From a virus, in IMG/VR virus record IMGVR_UViG_3300027917_000024, positions 1-64,000 of that record: a stretch of 64,000 bases of DNA; one strand, given 5' to 3'. Below, piece after piece: positions 27,121 through 37,514 of this stretch. The notes beneath the pieces were generated by a model. The model was not told the DNA's origin. It saw only the letters and a program-made list of their open reading frames with translations, and did not search any database. The position numbers were made by a program, and so were the translations under genes. Position 1 is the first letter of the stretch, and every line of letters starts with the position of its first letter.

Positions 27121-28127
27121 TCACACCTCCTCTAAGCATGTTATAGATTACTCCTTATATTATAAAAAATTAAAAGTCATTTCGCAATCCTTTTCTGATA
27201 GACCCAAATTCCTATTTTCTACACCTCTAAAAACATAATAGATACAAATAGTTATAAGTATCATCTCCACGAAACCCAATAAAGACAGTGGTAAAAAAAA
27301 TCATTAGCAGAATCAACTAGTTACAGCGACCTTGAAAAAATGAAGACCACCCCGATTTTGGGGGATTCAAAACACAAGCAAATTCAGCCATAAAATTAAC
27401 AAATACAACTAGTTACAAATTTTAGTAACTCACCTACTTTATACCACAAGAGCTAACATACTGTCAGATTAGCTACTTTCCTTGACATACACTCAAATTT
27501 TATTTAGATCCTTTTATATTTTATTTTTCATAACTTATCTCTTTTCCAGTATCTTTAACTTATCGTTACACTAATTTTTTGCTTGACACGATAGTCCTAT
27601 TTCAATTATTACATATAATTGACTACGGGGTGGGGGAAGATGCTCGGCTAGCAAGCGGTGCTTGCACCTCGCACTTCCGGTTTAGTTCTTACTCTGGTTT
27701 TAGATCCAGTCTTCTCACTAAGTTCCTCATTGAGTTTCTATTTCTTCTTCTTATCATACTTCTAAGATTCCATCAAGAAAATAAATAGAAAAAAACTGAG
27801 AATTGAGGTTAGGTTGTAATTATTCACCGAGTATCTTCAGGGGGGGTGATTTAGGATTTTTAATGGAGAGGTGTGGCTTTCATCCGAGAAGCCCATCCAT
27901 CAGGTATGTCCACCCCTCAAGAGTTAAGACTTTAATTTATCAGTGACATCTTACCAGGAAATACTTTTACAGAATAGATGTGACGAGAAGCTCCCGCCTT
28001 CAAGTAATACTTTAACTTCCCGCCATAACTCACTTTTTACCTTAACCTTCTTAAAAAAAATAAAAAATATTCAACTTTTATTAAAAAAAGTCTCTGCTCG
28101 TGCATCTTTTTAATAGGAAGGGAACCT
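27121..28127. other. about 1 kb non-coding strand-switch region (possible origin or control region)
   Basis: divergent gene orientation; AT-rich; repeated AACTAGTTACA; long inverted repeat 27636-27838. Confidence 0.5.
28070..28115 (+). promoter_or_regulatory. candidate phage-specific bipartite promoter
   Basis: TTCAACTTTT-N17-CTCGTGCATCTTT just upstream of an RBS; repeated at 44433-44480. Confidence 0.55.
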
Positions 28128-28478
28128 ATGAATCAGCTCCTCAGCACAATTTTAAACTTGATTGAGAGTACTGTCCTTGAATATGAGCTCTTGAAAGAAG
28201 AGACAGTCGATGGATTTCCGGTCATGGCCATCCGATGTAATATTCGTAAGCCAGACCTTTCCAGCGAGAATCAGTACTTTATAGCCATACAAGATATTAC
28301 CGGCCCACACTGCGTCGATTGGTTTGCCCATAAGGATCAGACAGATGATAGGTTAGCGATCTGGAAAAAGTTACTTGGACGTGGGAACAGAGACATTATC
28401 GAGTATAGTTTCCCAGGTATTTTCCCAACAAGGAAGTATACCCTTAAGGAGAGTAATAAGAGGAGCAAGAATGATTAA
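28128..28478 (+). CDS. hypothetical protein
   Basis: first gene of the plus-strand block; RBS present. Confidence 0.55.
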   Translation: MNQLLSTILNLIESTVLEYELLKEETVDGFPVMAIRCNIRKPDLSSENQYFIAIQDITGPHCVDWFAHKDQTDDRLAIWKKLLGRGNRDIIEYSFPGIFPTRKYTLKESNKRSKND

Positions 28479-28944
28479 AAGAGATACTCAATTTACAGAG
28501 GCAATACCTATCATGTCCTTCTACTTTGGCCCAGTGAATGTTGGGTGGATTTACATTGAACCACCACATTTTGAGATTCGTACCTTCAAACGGGATACTA
28601 TAGATTTTGATACCCTTGTTGATTATTACCCAGATATTGTCCTCGTAAATCTACACATGAAATTTATACGGGCACATTTTGCAGATTCCTATATTTTAAG
28701 GATTCATTCAAAAGATGTAAAAGAAATGTTCAAAACAACACCCACCTCCTTTGAATCTTACAAGGTATACTTTGAAAAGATCATCAATTCACTCTCTACA
28801 AGCACAGCCGAACCTAGTTACAAATGCCCATTCTCTTTCTCACCAACAGAATTAAAAAGCTTGAAGCAATTGGTGTATACTCTTCACCTTTTAGAGATGG
28901 ATAAATATATTACTCACCCACTTCTTACTGAAGAGGATGTATAA
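28471..28944 (+). CDS. hypothetical protein
   Basis: ATG 28471 with GAGGAG RBS, coupled to neighbours. Confidence 0.55.
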   Translation: MIKRDTQFTEAIPIMSFYFGPVNVGWIYIEPPHFEIRTFKRDTIDFDTLVDYYPDIVLVNLHMKFIRAHFADSYILRIHSKDVKEMFKTTPTSFESYKVYFEKIINSLSTSTAEPSYKCPFSFSPTELKSLKQLVYTLHLLEMDKYITHPLLTEEDV

Positions 28945-29730
28945 ATGTACATAAAGGCAAAAACCCTGCCTGATGCGTGGTTTCAAGCTGTCTATAATTT
29001 AATAGATTACGATGAAGACAAGAAACTAAAAAATGGAGTCCTATATCAAATAGACCAAGGCAGTTACGAGCAATCATGGCGACTTGAATATCCCTTTATT
29101 GCAATTGAAATAAATCATCCTCTAGAAAAACCTTTGCTTCCTGACCTCCCACCTCATACGAACTTACCCCCAATAGCTGATATGGCATATGTATATCAGT
29201 ATTTCATAGAGTATTTCATGGGAACTGAAATACCTCCTAATACTGTATACAGCTATGGAAGTCGAATTAATCAGATCTTGTGCTGGAACAAAGTACGTGC
29301 CTATGACATGCCCCAGTTAGATATATTGATAGAGAGACTTAAGGAACATCCCCACTCTAATCAGCTTATTTTACAGATAGCCGAACCCAGTGATCTTCTT
29401 CTTGTTGATCCTCCCTGTTTGAGATCTATAGCACTTAAAGTAATTGATGGTAACATAGATCTCCATGTTTACTTTCGTTCAAATGATCTCTGGTCTGGTT
29501 TTCCTGTCAATCTCGCCTGTATGTCACTCTTCCTTAAGTATTTGACAGTGATGGCTGAGTATGGAAGTGGGAAGATATATTACTTTAGTAGTGGGTTGCA
29601 TCTGTATCATCATAACTTCGAACATGCTGCCATTAGGTGTCAGAAACCAGAATTTATAGAACTGATAGCAAAGTTAATGGGTATAGCTCTTCCCACCAAA
29701 GGGACGTGTTTAGCTCATCAAGACGAATAG
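28945..29730 (+). CDS. thyA: thymidylate synthase family protein (dUMP-type)
   Basis: YSYGSRI, catalytic PPCL, FRSNDLWSGFPVN (Asn indicates dUMP specificity), LHLY. Confidence 0.85.
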   Translation: MYIKAKTLPDAWFQAVYNLIDYDEDKKLKNGVLYQIDQGSYEQSWRLEYPFIAIEINHPLEKPLLPDLPPHTNLPPIADMAYVYQYFIEYFMGTEIPPNTVYSYGSRINQILCWNKVRAYDMPQLDILIERLKEHPHSNQLILQIAEPSDLLLVDPPCLRSIALKVIDGNIDLHVYFRSNDLWSGFPVNLACMSLFLKYLTVMAEYGSGKIYYFSSGLHLYHHNFEHAAIRCQKPEFIELIAKLMGIALPTKGTCLAHQDE

Positions 29731-29747
29731 ATGAAAGGAGTATTCCT

Positions 29748-30389
29748 ATGGAGCTTAAATTATCACAGCTTCTTCCAAATCCATTTCGTAAGATTGAACA
29801 GTACCCAATTGATAAGGAGAAGGTTGCAACACTAGTAGACTCAATTATGGAAACAGATTTTTGGGATAATCTACTTGCAAGACCTGCTCCTAAAAATGGT
29901 AAATACGAGCTTGCTTACGGGCACCATCGACTAGAAGCAGCAAAACAAGCAGGAATAAAAAAAGTAGATATTCCAATTAGAAATCTCTCCAATGCCAGAA
30001 TGATCAAGATAATGGCTAACGAGAATATGGAGCAGTATCGGGCCGATCCAAAAACAGTACTATCGACTATTGTTACAGCGAAAGAATTTTTAGACTCTGA
30101 AATTTCTAAGTGTTCAAAACTGAAGGACTTTTCGAAGCGAGTGGGTGCTGGCACCCGCTCATTATTTGCTAACGAATCTACCTTCCAAAAAGCAAAAGTA
30201 AGTAGTGTGGGAAAAGACATCCTTGGTAAATTTCTAGGGGTGAGCTGGAAGGAATGGTTAATAACTGAGGCATTAGCCACAATAAGAGATGTAAAGAAAA
30301 AGGAGGTATCGCAAGAAGCAATAGAGGAATTCAAAAGTATGAGGACTTCTGAGCCGTTTAGAGAAGTAGCAAAAGAACAGAGGAAATAA
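29748..30389 (+). CDS. ParB/Srx-like domain protein
   Basis: LLPNPFR, YELAYGHHRLEAA, MANEN. Confidence 0.8.
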   Translation: MELKLSQLLPNPFRKIEQYPIDKEKVATLVDSIMETDFWDNLLARPAPKNGKYELAYGHHRLEAAKQAGIKKVDIPIRNLSNARMIKIMANENMEQYRADPKTVLSTIVTAKEFLDSEISKCSKLKDFSKRVGAGTRSLFANESTFQKAKVSSVGKDILGKFLGVSWKEWLITEALATIRDVKKKEVSQEAIEEFKSMRTSEPFREVAKEQRK

Positions 30390-30399
30390 AAATAAAATC

Positions 30400-30428
30400 T
30401 TGAACTGATAATACTAGTGTGATACTAT
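30400..30428 (+). promoter_or_regulatory. sigma70-type promoter
   Basis: TTGAAC-17-TACTAT with TGTG extension. Confidence 0.55.
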
Positions 30429-30486
30429 ATATTTAACTGCCAATACATAGTAACTTTCCTTTCCTGTACGGATCAAGGATAGCTAA

Positions 30487-30546
30487 GGTGGAGGGTTATT
30501 GGCAGAAACACTAGGTCAGGTACTGATTGCCCTCCACCCCTTTTTT
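30487..30546 (+). terminator. hairpin plus U-tract (terminator or attenuator)
   Basis: GGTGGAGGG (30487-30495) / CCCTCCACC (30530-30538) then T6; unusually large loop. Confidence 0.45.
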
Positions 30547-30561
30547 GTTCTAAATGAGGCT

Positions 30562-30777
30562 ATGGCAAGCGTTAAGAATAGTAGAAAGAAAGGCCGCAGA
30601 TCGAAAGGTAAAAAAAGGAGAAAGGTTGAGAAGGAAAAAAGCAGAAAGACTAGGAAATATAAAGCAGGGAAATCACGAAGTGGAAAAAGCAATGCCCGAT
30701 CAACTAGTAAAAAGACTCGTAACAAAGCAACCAAGAAGAATAAAAAGAAGGATAAGAGCAAGAAGAGGAAGCAATAG
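30562..30777 (+). CDS. extremely Lys/Arg-rich small protein
   Basis: MASVKNSRKKGRRSKGKKRRK...; GAGG RBS. Confidence 0.55.
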   Translation: MASVKNSRKKGRRSKGKKRRKVEKEKSRKTRKYKAGKSRSGKSNARSTSKKTRNKATKKNKKKDKSKKRKQ

Positions 30778-30831
30778 CGGCCATTAGTGTTACTGTTAAC
30801 CCCAACCTTTAGTGGGGTAAAGGAGTAGTAT

Positions 30832-31095
30832 ATGAAAGCAGTCCTCAACTACCTCCTCGAACAGCCTAAGACCTATATTCCTCTGATTGGAATTGCAATT
30901 ACTTGGGGGGCTGACATTATTGCACAGCAACTCGGTGTTCCACTATCCATCAGTCCTGAGGTCAAAGAATCTCTCACGGTACTTTTGGGAGTTCTTGCAG
31001 CCTACCTTTTACGTAGAGGCACTGTGAAAGACAAGGACATGGATAAGAAGCTCGAAGAACTCATGAAGAAGATATTAAAGGAAGTTCGAGGTTAG
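30832..31095 (+). CDS. holin-like two-TM protein
   Basis: two hydrophobic helices and a charged C-terminus; AAGGAG RBS. Confidence 0.5.
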   Translation: MKAVLNYLLEQPKTYIPLIGIAITWGADIIAQQLGVPLSISPEVKESLTVLLGVLAAYLLRRGTVKDKDMDKKLEELMKKILKEVRG

Positions 31096-31325
31096 TAATT
31101 AAAAGCAGCTAAGTCCATAATTTCTGGACATACCGCACAAAAAAGTAGGGAGTAAGACATTTCTCGTTCAAAATTAGGAAAAAAGTCTCAGCTACTCAAC
31201 TTCAAATATCAAAACACACACCTCAGATGCAGGTGTACTTCACATAAATGCCGTCACTATAAAAAAGGAGAATGCAAAAAAATATATAAAAACAGCAAAC
31301 CTACCTATTAGGAGATCGTACAAAT

Positions 31326-34184
31326 ATGCCAGGAAAACTATCAGACAATGCATTACAAGTAGCACAATCCAGATATTTTATGGAAGGTGAGGATTGGGAG
31401 AAATGTACTTATCGAGTTGCAAGTAGTGTAGCTACTATTGAGAAGGACAAAGAAAAATACGAACAAGCATTCCACGAAATGATTTATAATATGGAGTTTA
31501 TACCTGGTGGGAGGATACTTCGAAATGCAGGAAGACCGAAGGGAAACTGTTATAACTGTTTTAATATTCCAATAAATGATAGTAGAGAAGAGATAGGAGA
31601 ACACCTTAAAAACTGTCTTATTACCTGGGGAACCGGTGGTGGAATTGGTTGTAATTGGTCATCTATTAGACCAAAGAACAGTCCTATAATTACTTCTGGT
31701 GGCCAAGCTTCTGGACCTGTCAGTTTTCTTGAAGCTACCGATGCCCTCGCTGCTACTATAGAATCAGGAGGTCAGAGAAGAAGTGCTGCCCTTGCTAGCC
31801 TAGATATTACACATCCTGACATCTTTGATTTCATCGATGCCAAATTAGTCCACGGGAAGCTATCTCATTTTAACATTAGTGTTAATATCAATAATGATTT
31901 CTTAGTCGCCGTTGAATCCAATGATGAAATAGAACTCATATTCAATCAACAGGTCTATAAAAAAGTCAAGGCAAGGACTCTGTGGAATAAAATTTTAAAG
32001 AATATGCTGAATCATGCAGAACCTGGACTATTAAATACAAGTAACCTATACAAAAATAACTCATACTCATATGCAAATGTGACCTGTCTTTCTGGTGATA
32101 CATTAATTTCTACTACAGATGGGCTTGTACCTATAAAAAATCTTGTAGGAAAAACTATAAATTTAGTTACTGATTTGAGGACTATTAATTCGCAAGGTAC
32201 ATTTATAGAGCGTGGTAGAGGAGTGTATTCTGGAAAACAACTATTATTTGAGGTAAAACTGTCCAATAAACAAATTCTTAAGGTGACACACGACCATGAA
32301 GTAAGAACGATGAGAGGTTGGAAAAAGGTAAAAGATCTAAAAATAAACAAAGACTATTTACTGGTGCAAAATTCTATTTCTCAAAATTTTATTAGTAAAG
32401 AAATAAATGAAGCTGAATATGATGATGGATTTATGGTAGGTTATTTAGTTGGGGATGGTTGGATAACATACCATAAAAACAATAAGAGTACTCAATACGG
32501 ATTTGTATGTCATGAAGACGAAAAGAACATTATTGATTTTATTTATGAAAAAATCAATAGTATGACAAAGCGAGAAACTAATTGGAGAAGATCTTCTAAT
32601 GGAGGAAAATCTTTTGAGTTAGTAACAACAGATAGTGTCATAAGACAATATTTCTCTAAATGGGGTTATGTAGACATTACAAATAAATATGGGTACACAT
32701 CAGGGACCAAAAAAAGTAGTAAGTTTATATCAGATGAGGTGTTAACTTCTTCTCCATCTTTTAAACGAGGTTTTATATCTGGCCTATTTTCCGCAGATGG
32801 ACATATTTGCACTTACAAAAAAAGTAAGTGTTCTAGGATTCAATTGACTACCGCAAAAAGGGATACAGCACAAAGACTCCAAATAATGTTAAATGAGTTT
32901 GGCATCCCAACGAGTATAGGCTCTGGGATAACTAAACTGAATGGAAAATTACATACATGTTATAATGTAACAACATCAGGATTTTTGGCAACTATGGCTT
33001 TTAAAAGTCATATTGGTTTGAAATATAGTATAAAACAAAAAGAATTGAATTTAGTTACACCGGAAACATGTACAGATTGGACTACCAAATTTTATGGTGC
33101 TTATCTTGTAAAAAGCGTTAAAGAATTAGAAGTAGAAGATGTTTATGATATTCAAGCTGATGTTACCCACTCACTTATTGCAAACGGAATAGTTGTCCAT
33201 AATTGCACCAACCCATGCGGAGAATTGCCCCTCGAACCTTACTCGGCTTGCTGCTTAGGTTCCCTTATTCTTCCTAAATATATTAGCGAAGGAGGGAAAG
33301 TTCATTGGAAAAAGTTAGAAGACACCATCAAACTGGCTATAAGATTCCTAGATAATGTGATTGACGTGACAAGATATGAATTAAAACAAGTTGATATAGC
33401 TGCACACAGGTCAAGAAGAGTCGGTTTAGGAGGCGCAGGACTAGCCGAATTCCTTTTCGCTAAGAAAGTAAGATACGGAACAGAAGAATCTATATCAGAA
33501 ATAGAACGCCTCGTTAAGTTTATCAGAAACGTTGCTTATCAGACCCTAGTTGAACTCTCTGTCGAAAAGGGCTCTTTCCCAGCATTTGATCCTATAGCAT
33601 ATGGTAAGGCATCTTTTGTTAGAAAACTCCCTGCATCACTACGGAGTGATATTAAAAAACATGGATCAAGGTGCGTTACTTCTTTATCATGGGCTCCGAC
33701 AGGAACTATCTCCTTATTACCAGAAGTCTCTAGTGGATGCGAGCCTCTCTTCGCCAGGGCTTATAAGAGGAAGGACAGAGTTGGCACTCGTATTTATATA
33801 CATCCAGTATATAGAAAATTAATAGAGGAGGGCAACCTTATCAAACAAAAGGAGCTCCCAGATTGGTTTGTAGATGCTTATGATTTAACGCCTCAAGATC
33901 ATCTAGAAGTCCAAAGCATCATTACTAAATACATTGATAGTGCAGTGAGCAAGACCATTAACCTACCAAAAGAAACTACCTCAGATCAATTAAGTTCACT
34001 CCTATTAGAGTATATCTACGACTTAAAAGGTGTAACAGTATACAGAGACGGATCCAGAGAAGGTCAAGTATTAAACAGAATTCCCCACGAAGAAACACTA
34101 AAAGCAGTCAAAGACGGTAAAATAATTGATGACGAAATTCCAGAAGAAGCAACAAAATGTGCATCGGGGAAATGTGATATCTAG
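31326..34184 (+). CDS. nrdJ: class II (B12-dependent) ribonucleotide reductase with intein
   Basis: PGGRIL.NAG, NCF, TNPCGE, APTGTIS, SAVSKTINLP, KGVTVYRDGSR (class II type, no YY), C-terminal CxxxxC; no nrdB in the window. Confidence 0.92.
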   Translation: MPGKLSDNALQVAQSRYFMEGEDWEKCTYRVASSVATIEKDKEKYEQAFHEMIYNMEFIPGGRILRNAGRPKGNCYNCFNIPINDSREEIGEHLKNCLITWGTGGGIGCNWSSIRPKNSPIITSGGQASGPVSFLEATDALAATIESGGQRRSAALASLDITHPDIFDFIDAKLVHGKLSHFNISVNINNDFLVAVESNDEIELIFNQQVYKKVKARTLWNKILKNMLNHAEPGLLNTSNLYKNNSYSYANVTCLSGDTLISTTDGLVPIKNLVGKTINLVTDLRTINSQGTFIERGRGVYSGKQLLFEVKLSNKQILKVTHDHEVRTMRGWKKVKDLKINKDYLLVQNSISQNFISKEINEAEYDDGFMVGYLVGDGWITYHKNNKSTQYGFVCHEDEKNIIDFIYEKINSMTKRETNWRRSSNGGKSFELVTTDSVIRQYFSKWGYVDITNKYGYTSGTKKSSKFISDEVLTSSPSFKRGFISGLFSADGHICTYKKSKCSRIQLTTAKRDTAQRLQIMLNEFGIPTSIGSGITKLNGKLHTCYNVTTSGFLATMAFKSHIGLKYSIKQKELNLVTPETCTDWTTKFYGAYLVKSVKELEVEDVYDIQADVTHSLIANGIVVHNCTNPCGELPLEPYSACCLGSLILPKYISEGGKVHWKKLEDTIKLAIRFLDNVIDVTRYELKQVDIAAHRSRRVGLGGAGLAEFLFAKKVRYGTEESISEIERLVKFIRNVAYQTLVELSVEKGSFPAFDPIAYGKASFVRKLPASLRSDIKKHGSRCVTSLSWAPTGTISLLPEVSSGCEPLFARAYKRKDRVGTRIYIHPVYRKLIEEGNLIKQKELPDWFVDAYDLTPQDHLEVQSIITKYIDSAVSKTINLPKETTSDQLSSLLLEYIYDLKGVTVYRDGSREGQVLNRIPHEETLKAVKDGKIIDDEIPEEATKCASGKCDI
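32085..33203 (+). mobile_element. intein (373 aa) with LAGLIDADG endonuclease in NrdJ
   Basis: CLSGDT ... VTHDH ... VYDI ... VVHN|C; GYLVGDG and GLFSADG motifs. Confidence 0.92.
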
Positions 34185-34186
34185 AC

Positions 34187-36643
34187 ATGATACAGATTGT
34201 AAAAACTAATACATATTCAAAGCTTGAGTTTATTCAAGAAAACCCACTTGATTTAGAGACTCACAAGAAGTGCGTAGCTGAGCTCCATCGTAGACTAGCC
34301 ATATTTGATCCTAATGCAAAATTCTCTGAAAAGTATAATTCGTTTAAGTCTAACGGCGAGCGTATTTGGGATGGCTATATTCGTTTCTTCAATACCAAGA
34401 ACTTCTCATTCCTTACAGGCCACCTCCCTTACGTTGAGAAAGTCCTTGATGGCCAAGAAGTTGAGTACGGAATCATTGATAAATGCTACCGGCCCAATGT
34501 TGATATAAGTCCTGTCTATGAACTAAAGGGAATTACATTAAGAGATTACCAGAAAAAGGGTGTCTATATCTGCACCAACAGAACTAATCGAGGAGTATTT
34601 TATCAAGCAACAAATTCTGGTAAAGGACATAGTTTAGATACACCTATACTTACTCCTACTGGGTGGCAAGAGATACAAAATTTAAAAGTAGGAGATTATA
34701 TTGTTGCTGCTGATGGATGCCCTACAAGAATTACTGGTTTATTTCCTAGAGGTAAACAGCAAACTTATACAATTACATTTAATGATCATACTTCTATTAT
34801 TTGTGATGCTGATCATTTATGGACAGTACAGACACCATACAGCAAAAAGAAACTATGGAATACCTTATCTACGAAAGAAATAATAAAGCGAAATAATAAA
34901 TTAGGTAAGAGAGCTTCACGCCTTAAAATACCTAATTGTTATCCTATCCAGTTTAACAGAAAAAAATTACTTTTGAAACCCTATGTTTTAGGAGTATTAT
35001 TAGGTAATGGAAGTCTTTGTTATACCACACCAAAATTAACTACTACAGATAAAGAAATAGTCAATGCAATATCAAGATATTACAAAGTGAATCCGATCAG
35101 TTCGAAAAACAGATGCCAAGGATATTCTATATTAGACATACACGATATTATCAAACAATTAGGACTAAACGATGTAAGGTCATGGACAAAATTTATACCA
35201 AAAGAGTATTTACTATCCGATATTGATGATAGATTGGCTATTCTTCAAGGACTAATGGATACAGATGGAACAGTATGTAAAAGTGGAAGGACAGTTAGTT
35301 TTAGTAGTACTTCAAAACAGTTAGTATGTGATGTTATGTATTTAGTTAGATCTTTAGGAGGAAAAGCTGTCTTAGGTAAACCGAGGCGTACAATTTATAC
35401 AATTAACGGCATAAAAAAACAAGGACGAGAAAGCTATCGAGTATATATTAAATTAATTTATGATAATCTTATACCTTTTAGGTTGGCTAGGAAAAAAGTT
35501 CGATACTATAACCATACGCATAAAAAACATAGCTATAAAACTATTGTAGGTATAAAGGATGCAGGAATACAAGAAACTATTTGTATTTCAATCAATCACC
35601 CATCTGGCTTATATGTAGCTAAAGATTTTATAGTGACACACAATACAATCCAGGCAATTGCTACTTGCGAATCCATCCCTGTGAACACTCTTTTTCTAGT
35701 GGATCGAGTAGAGCTTCTAGACCAGGCGTATAAAAAGTTCAAGAAGCATGGGTCCAGAGAAGTTGGAGTCATTACACCACAGGAATTTGAGCCTAGGGAA
35801 GTAACCATCGGACTGCAACGAACCATCTGGAGTAGGCTTAGAAATCAATATACTAGGGATGAATATACAAATTATTTGAAATCGGTAGAAATGCTGTTCG
35901 TCGATGAAGTACATAAGTCAACTTCTTCTACCTGGAAATATGTACTTAGGCATATGCATCACGCTTACTATCGGTACGGCCTATCTGGTACTCCTCTGTT
36001 AGAAGATGCCATTCGAAATATGCTCCTTGTTGGTTTTATTGGTAGGATTGTACAGAAAATTAGCAATCAATATCTAATTGAAAATGGATATTCTGCAAAG
36101 CCTTTAATTAACATTGTAAAACGTGAGGCGGAGAGGATTTCCAGTACTCTTGATTACATTGAGGTATACAGAATAGGGATAACAGAGAATGCTACAAGAA
36201 ACGCTCAAATTATAGATCTAATCAAAAAGCATAGTGGGGAAACCATTCTTGTAATAGTAAAACATTTAGAGCACGGTAGGATCATAAAAAGTTCCATAGA
36301 AAAAGAGAAAGGGTATTTTGTATCGGGACAGGATAGGAAGGCAGAACGTATTTCGATATATAATAAATTTAAAGATAAAAAGATCCCAATCGTAATTGCA
36401 ACCATGATCTACAAAGAAGGAATAGACATCAGTGCTATTGATGTTCTTATATATGCAGCTGGCGAGAAGGCACCTGTTACAATATTACAGGTTCTTGGAA
36501 GGGGACTAAGAGCAAGGGAGGATAAGAAGTTTTTAAAATATTATGACTTTGAAGATAAAGGGCATCGCCATTTGAGCAGCCATACAAGAAAAAGGATCAA
36601 GATCTACAAGAGAGAGAATTTCTTAATTGAATACATAAGATAG
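34187..36643 (+). CDS. superfamily 2 DNA helicase (UvsW-like) with intein
   Basis: LRDYQ, TNSGK|T, DEVH, GLSGTP, EGIDI, QVLGRGLR. Confidence 0.9.
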   Translation: MIQIVKTNTYSKLEFIQENPLDLETHKKCVAELHRRLAIFDPNAKFSEKYNSFKSNGERIWDGYIRFFNTKNFSFLTGHLPYVEKVLDGQEVEYGIIDKCYRPNVDISPVYELKGITLRDYQKKGVYICTNRTNRGVFYQATNSGKGHSLDTPILTPTGWQEIQNLKVGDYIVAADGCPTRITGLFPRGKQQTYTITFNDHTSIICDADHLWTVQTPYSKKKLWNTLSTKEIIKRNNKLGKRASRLKIPNCYPIQFNRKKLLLKPYVLGVLLGNGSLCYTTPKLTTTDKEIVNAISRYYKVNPISSKNRCQGYSILDIHDIIKQLGLNDVRSWTKFIPKEYLLSDIDDRLAILQGLMDTDGTVCKSGRTVSFSSTSKQLVCDVMYLVRSLGGKAVLGKPRRTIYTINGIKKQGRESYRVYIKLIYDNLIPFRLARKKVRYYNHTHKKHSYKTIVGIKDAGIQETICISINHPSGLYVAKDFIVTHNTIQAIATCESIPVNTLFLVDRVELLDQAYKKFKKHGSREVGVITPQEFEPREVTIGLQRTIWSRLRNQYTRDEYTNYLKSVEMLFVDEVHKSTSSTWKYVLRHMHHAYYRYGLSGTPLLEDAIRNMLLVGFIGRIVQKISNQYLIENGYSAKPLINIVKREAERISSTLDYIEVYRIGITENATRNAQIIDLIKKHSGETILVIVKHLEHGRIIKSSIEKEKGYFVSGQDRKAERISIYNKFKDKKIPIVIATMIYKEGIDISAIDVLIYAAGEKAPVTILQVLGRGLRAREDKKFLKYYDFEDKGHRHLSSHTRKRIKIYKRENFLIEYIR
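34625..35644 (+). mobile_element. class 3-type intein (340 aa) with LAGLIDADG domain in the helicase P-loop
   Basis: starts GHSLDTPILTPTGW; block B DHLW, block F TICIS, block G VTHN|T; GLMDTDG. Confidence 0.88.
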
Positions 36644-36659
36644 AATACTGAGAGGTATC

Positions 36660-37514
36660 ATGACAGAGATACCTGATTTTGTTAGAATGGAAGATTATGT
36701 AGAAAGGGCTAATGGAACTTATACTCGGTATTCCACACCTGAACTAAATCTTCGGATCCGACAGATGATTGAGATGTTAGGCCTTGATCCAAAAGATGGG
36801 GAGATGAAGAAGAAGATATGGAGTGACAGAACACAAGAAAGAATCATAAGCCATTTACTTTCATATGCTATACAAGAAAAAAAAGTAGATTATACTCACA
36901 CATGGTACAAATGGTTAAAGAATAAAATAAACGAATTTCATTACAGATATACAAAACATCAGCTTATACATAAAGATACTATCGATGCGTACAAAAAACT
37001 ATTCAGATTATACCTATTTATTACAACAGAGACAGGCGTATTAAAGGCAGAAGATAAAGGCAAGGAATTAAATTACTATATAGCAGCGCAATATAGTGCC
37101 AGGTACAGTCCAGTGAAAGGCTTATTGACTAAATTTACAGTTGATACATTTTTATTCAATCGTAATATCCTTTACTACAGGGATTTTAAAAAGAACGGGT
37201 TTCCCCCAACACTCATCATACCAGGACCAAAGCTCCTATACCACCCCAAAGAAACCAATGAACACAAACGTAGACTTCGTAACCTACCTGATATAAAATG
37301 TACTCCATTTCTTGACATCACCCTTCCTATCTTAAACCTCAGAATACCAGCACTTACCAGGAAGACAAACGATTGGCTCCATCATTACCTCCGTTCCATC
37401 GAGCTCATGATGATTCGAGAAAGATTGCTTGCTCGACCTTACAATCGCTTTCTTCTATCTGTTGAGCATTTGAGAGTATACAAGGAGATAATGAGTCGTG
37501 CAAGTACAAAGTAA
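36660..37514 (+). CDS. hypothetical protein
   Basis: 284 aa ORF between helicase and primase. Confidence 0.65.
   Translation: MTEIPDFVRMEDYVERANGTYTRYSTPELNLRIRQMIEMLGLDPKDGEMKKKIWSDRTQERIISHLLSYAIQEKKVDYTHTWYKWLKNKINEFHYRYTKHQLIHKDTIDAYKKLFRLYLFITTETGVLKAEDKGKELNYYIAAQYSARYSPVKGLLTKFTVDTFLFNRNILYYRDFKKNGFPPTLIIPGPKLLYHPKETNEHKRRLRNLPDIKCTPFLDITLPILNLRIPALTRKTNDWLHHYLRSIELMMIRERLLARPYNRFLLSVEHLRVYKEIMSRASTK

Noticed and set aside
27680-27775. CT-rich tract as a third pentamer array
   Set aside because: TC spacing is irregular; it is better explained as one arm of a long hairpin.
31326-34184. Class Ia RNR (nrdA)
   Set aside because: It lacks the C-terminal YY pair and an ATP cone, has the class II-type KGVTVYRDGSR, and no beta-subunit gene is in the window.
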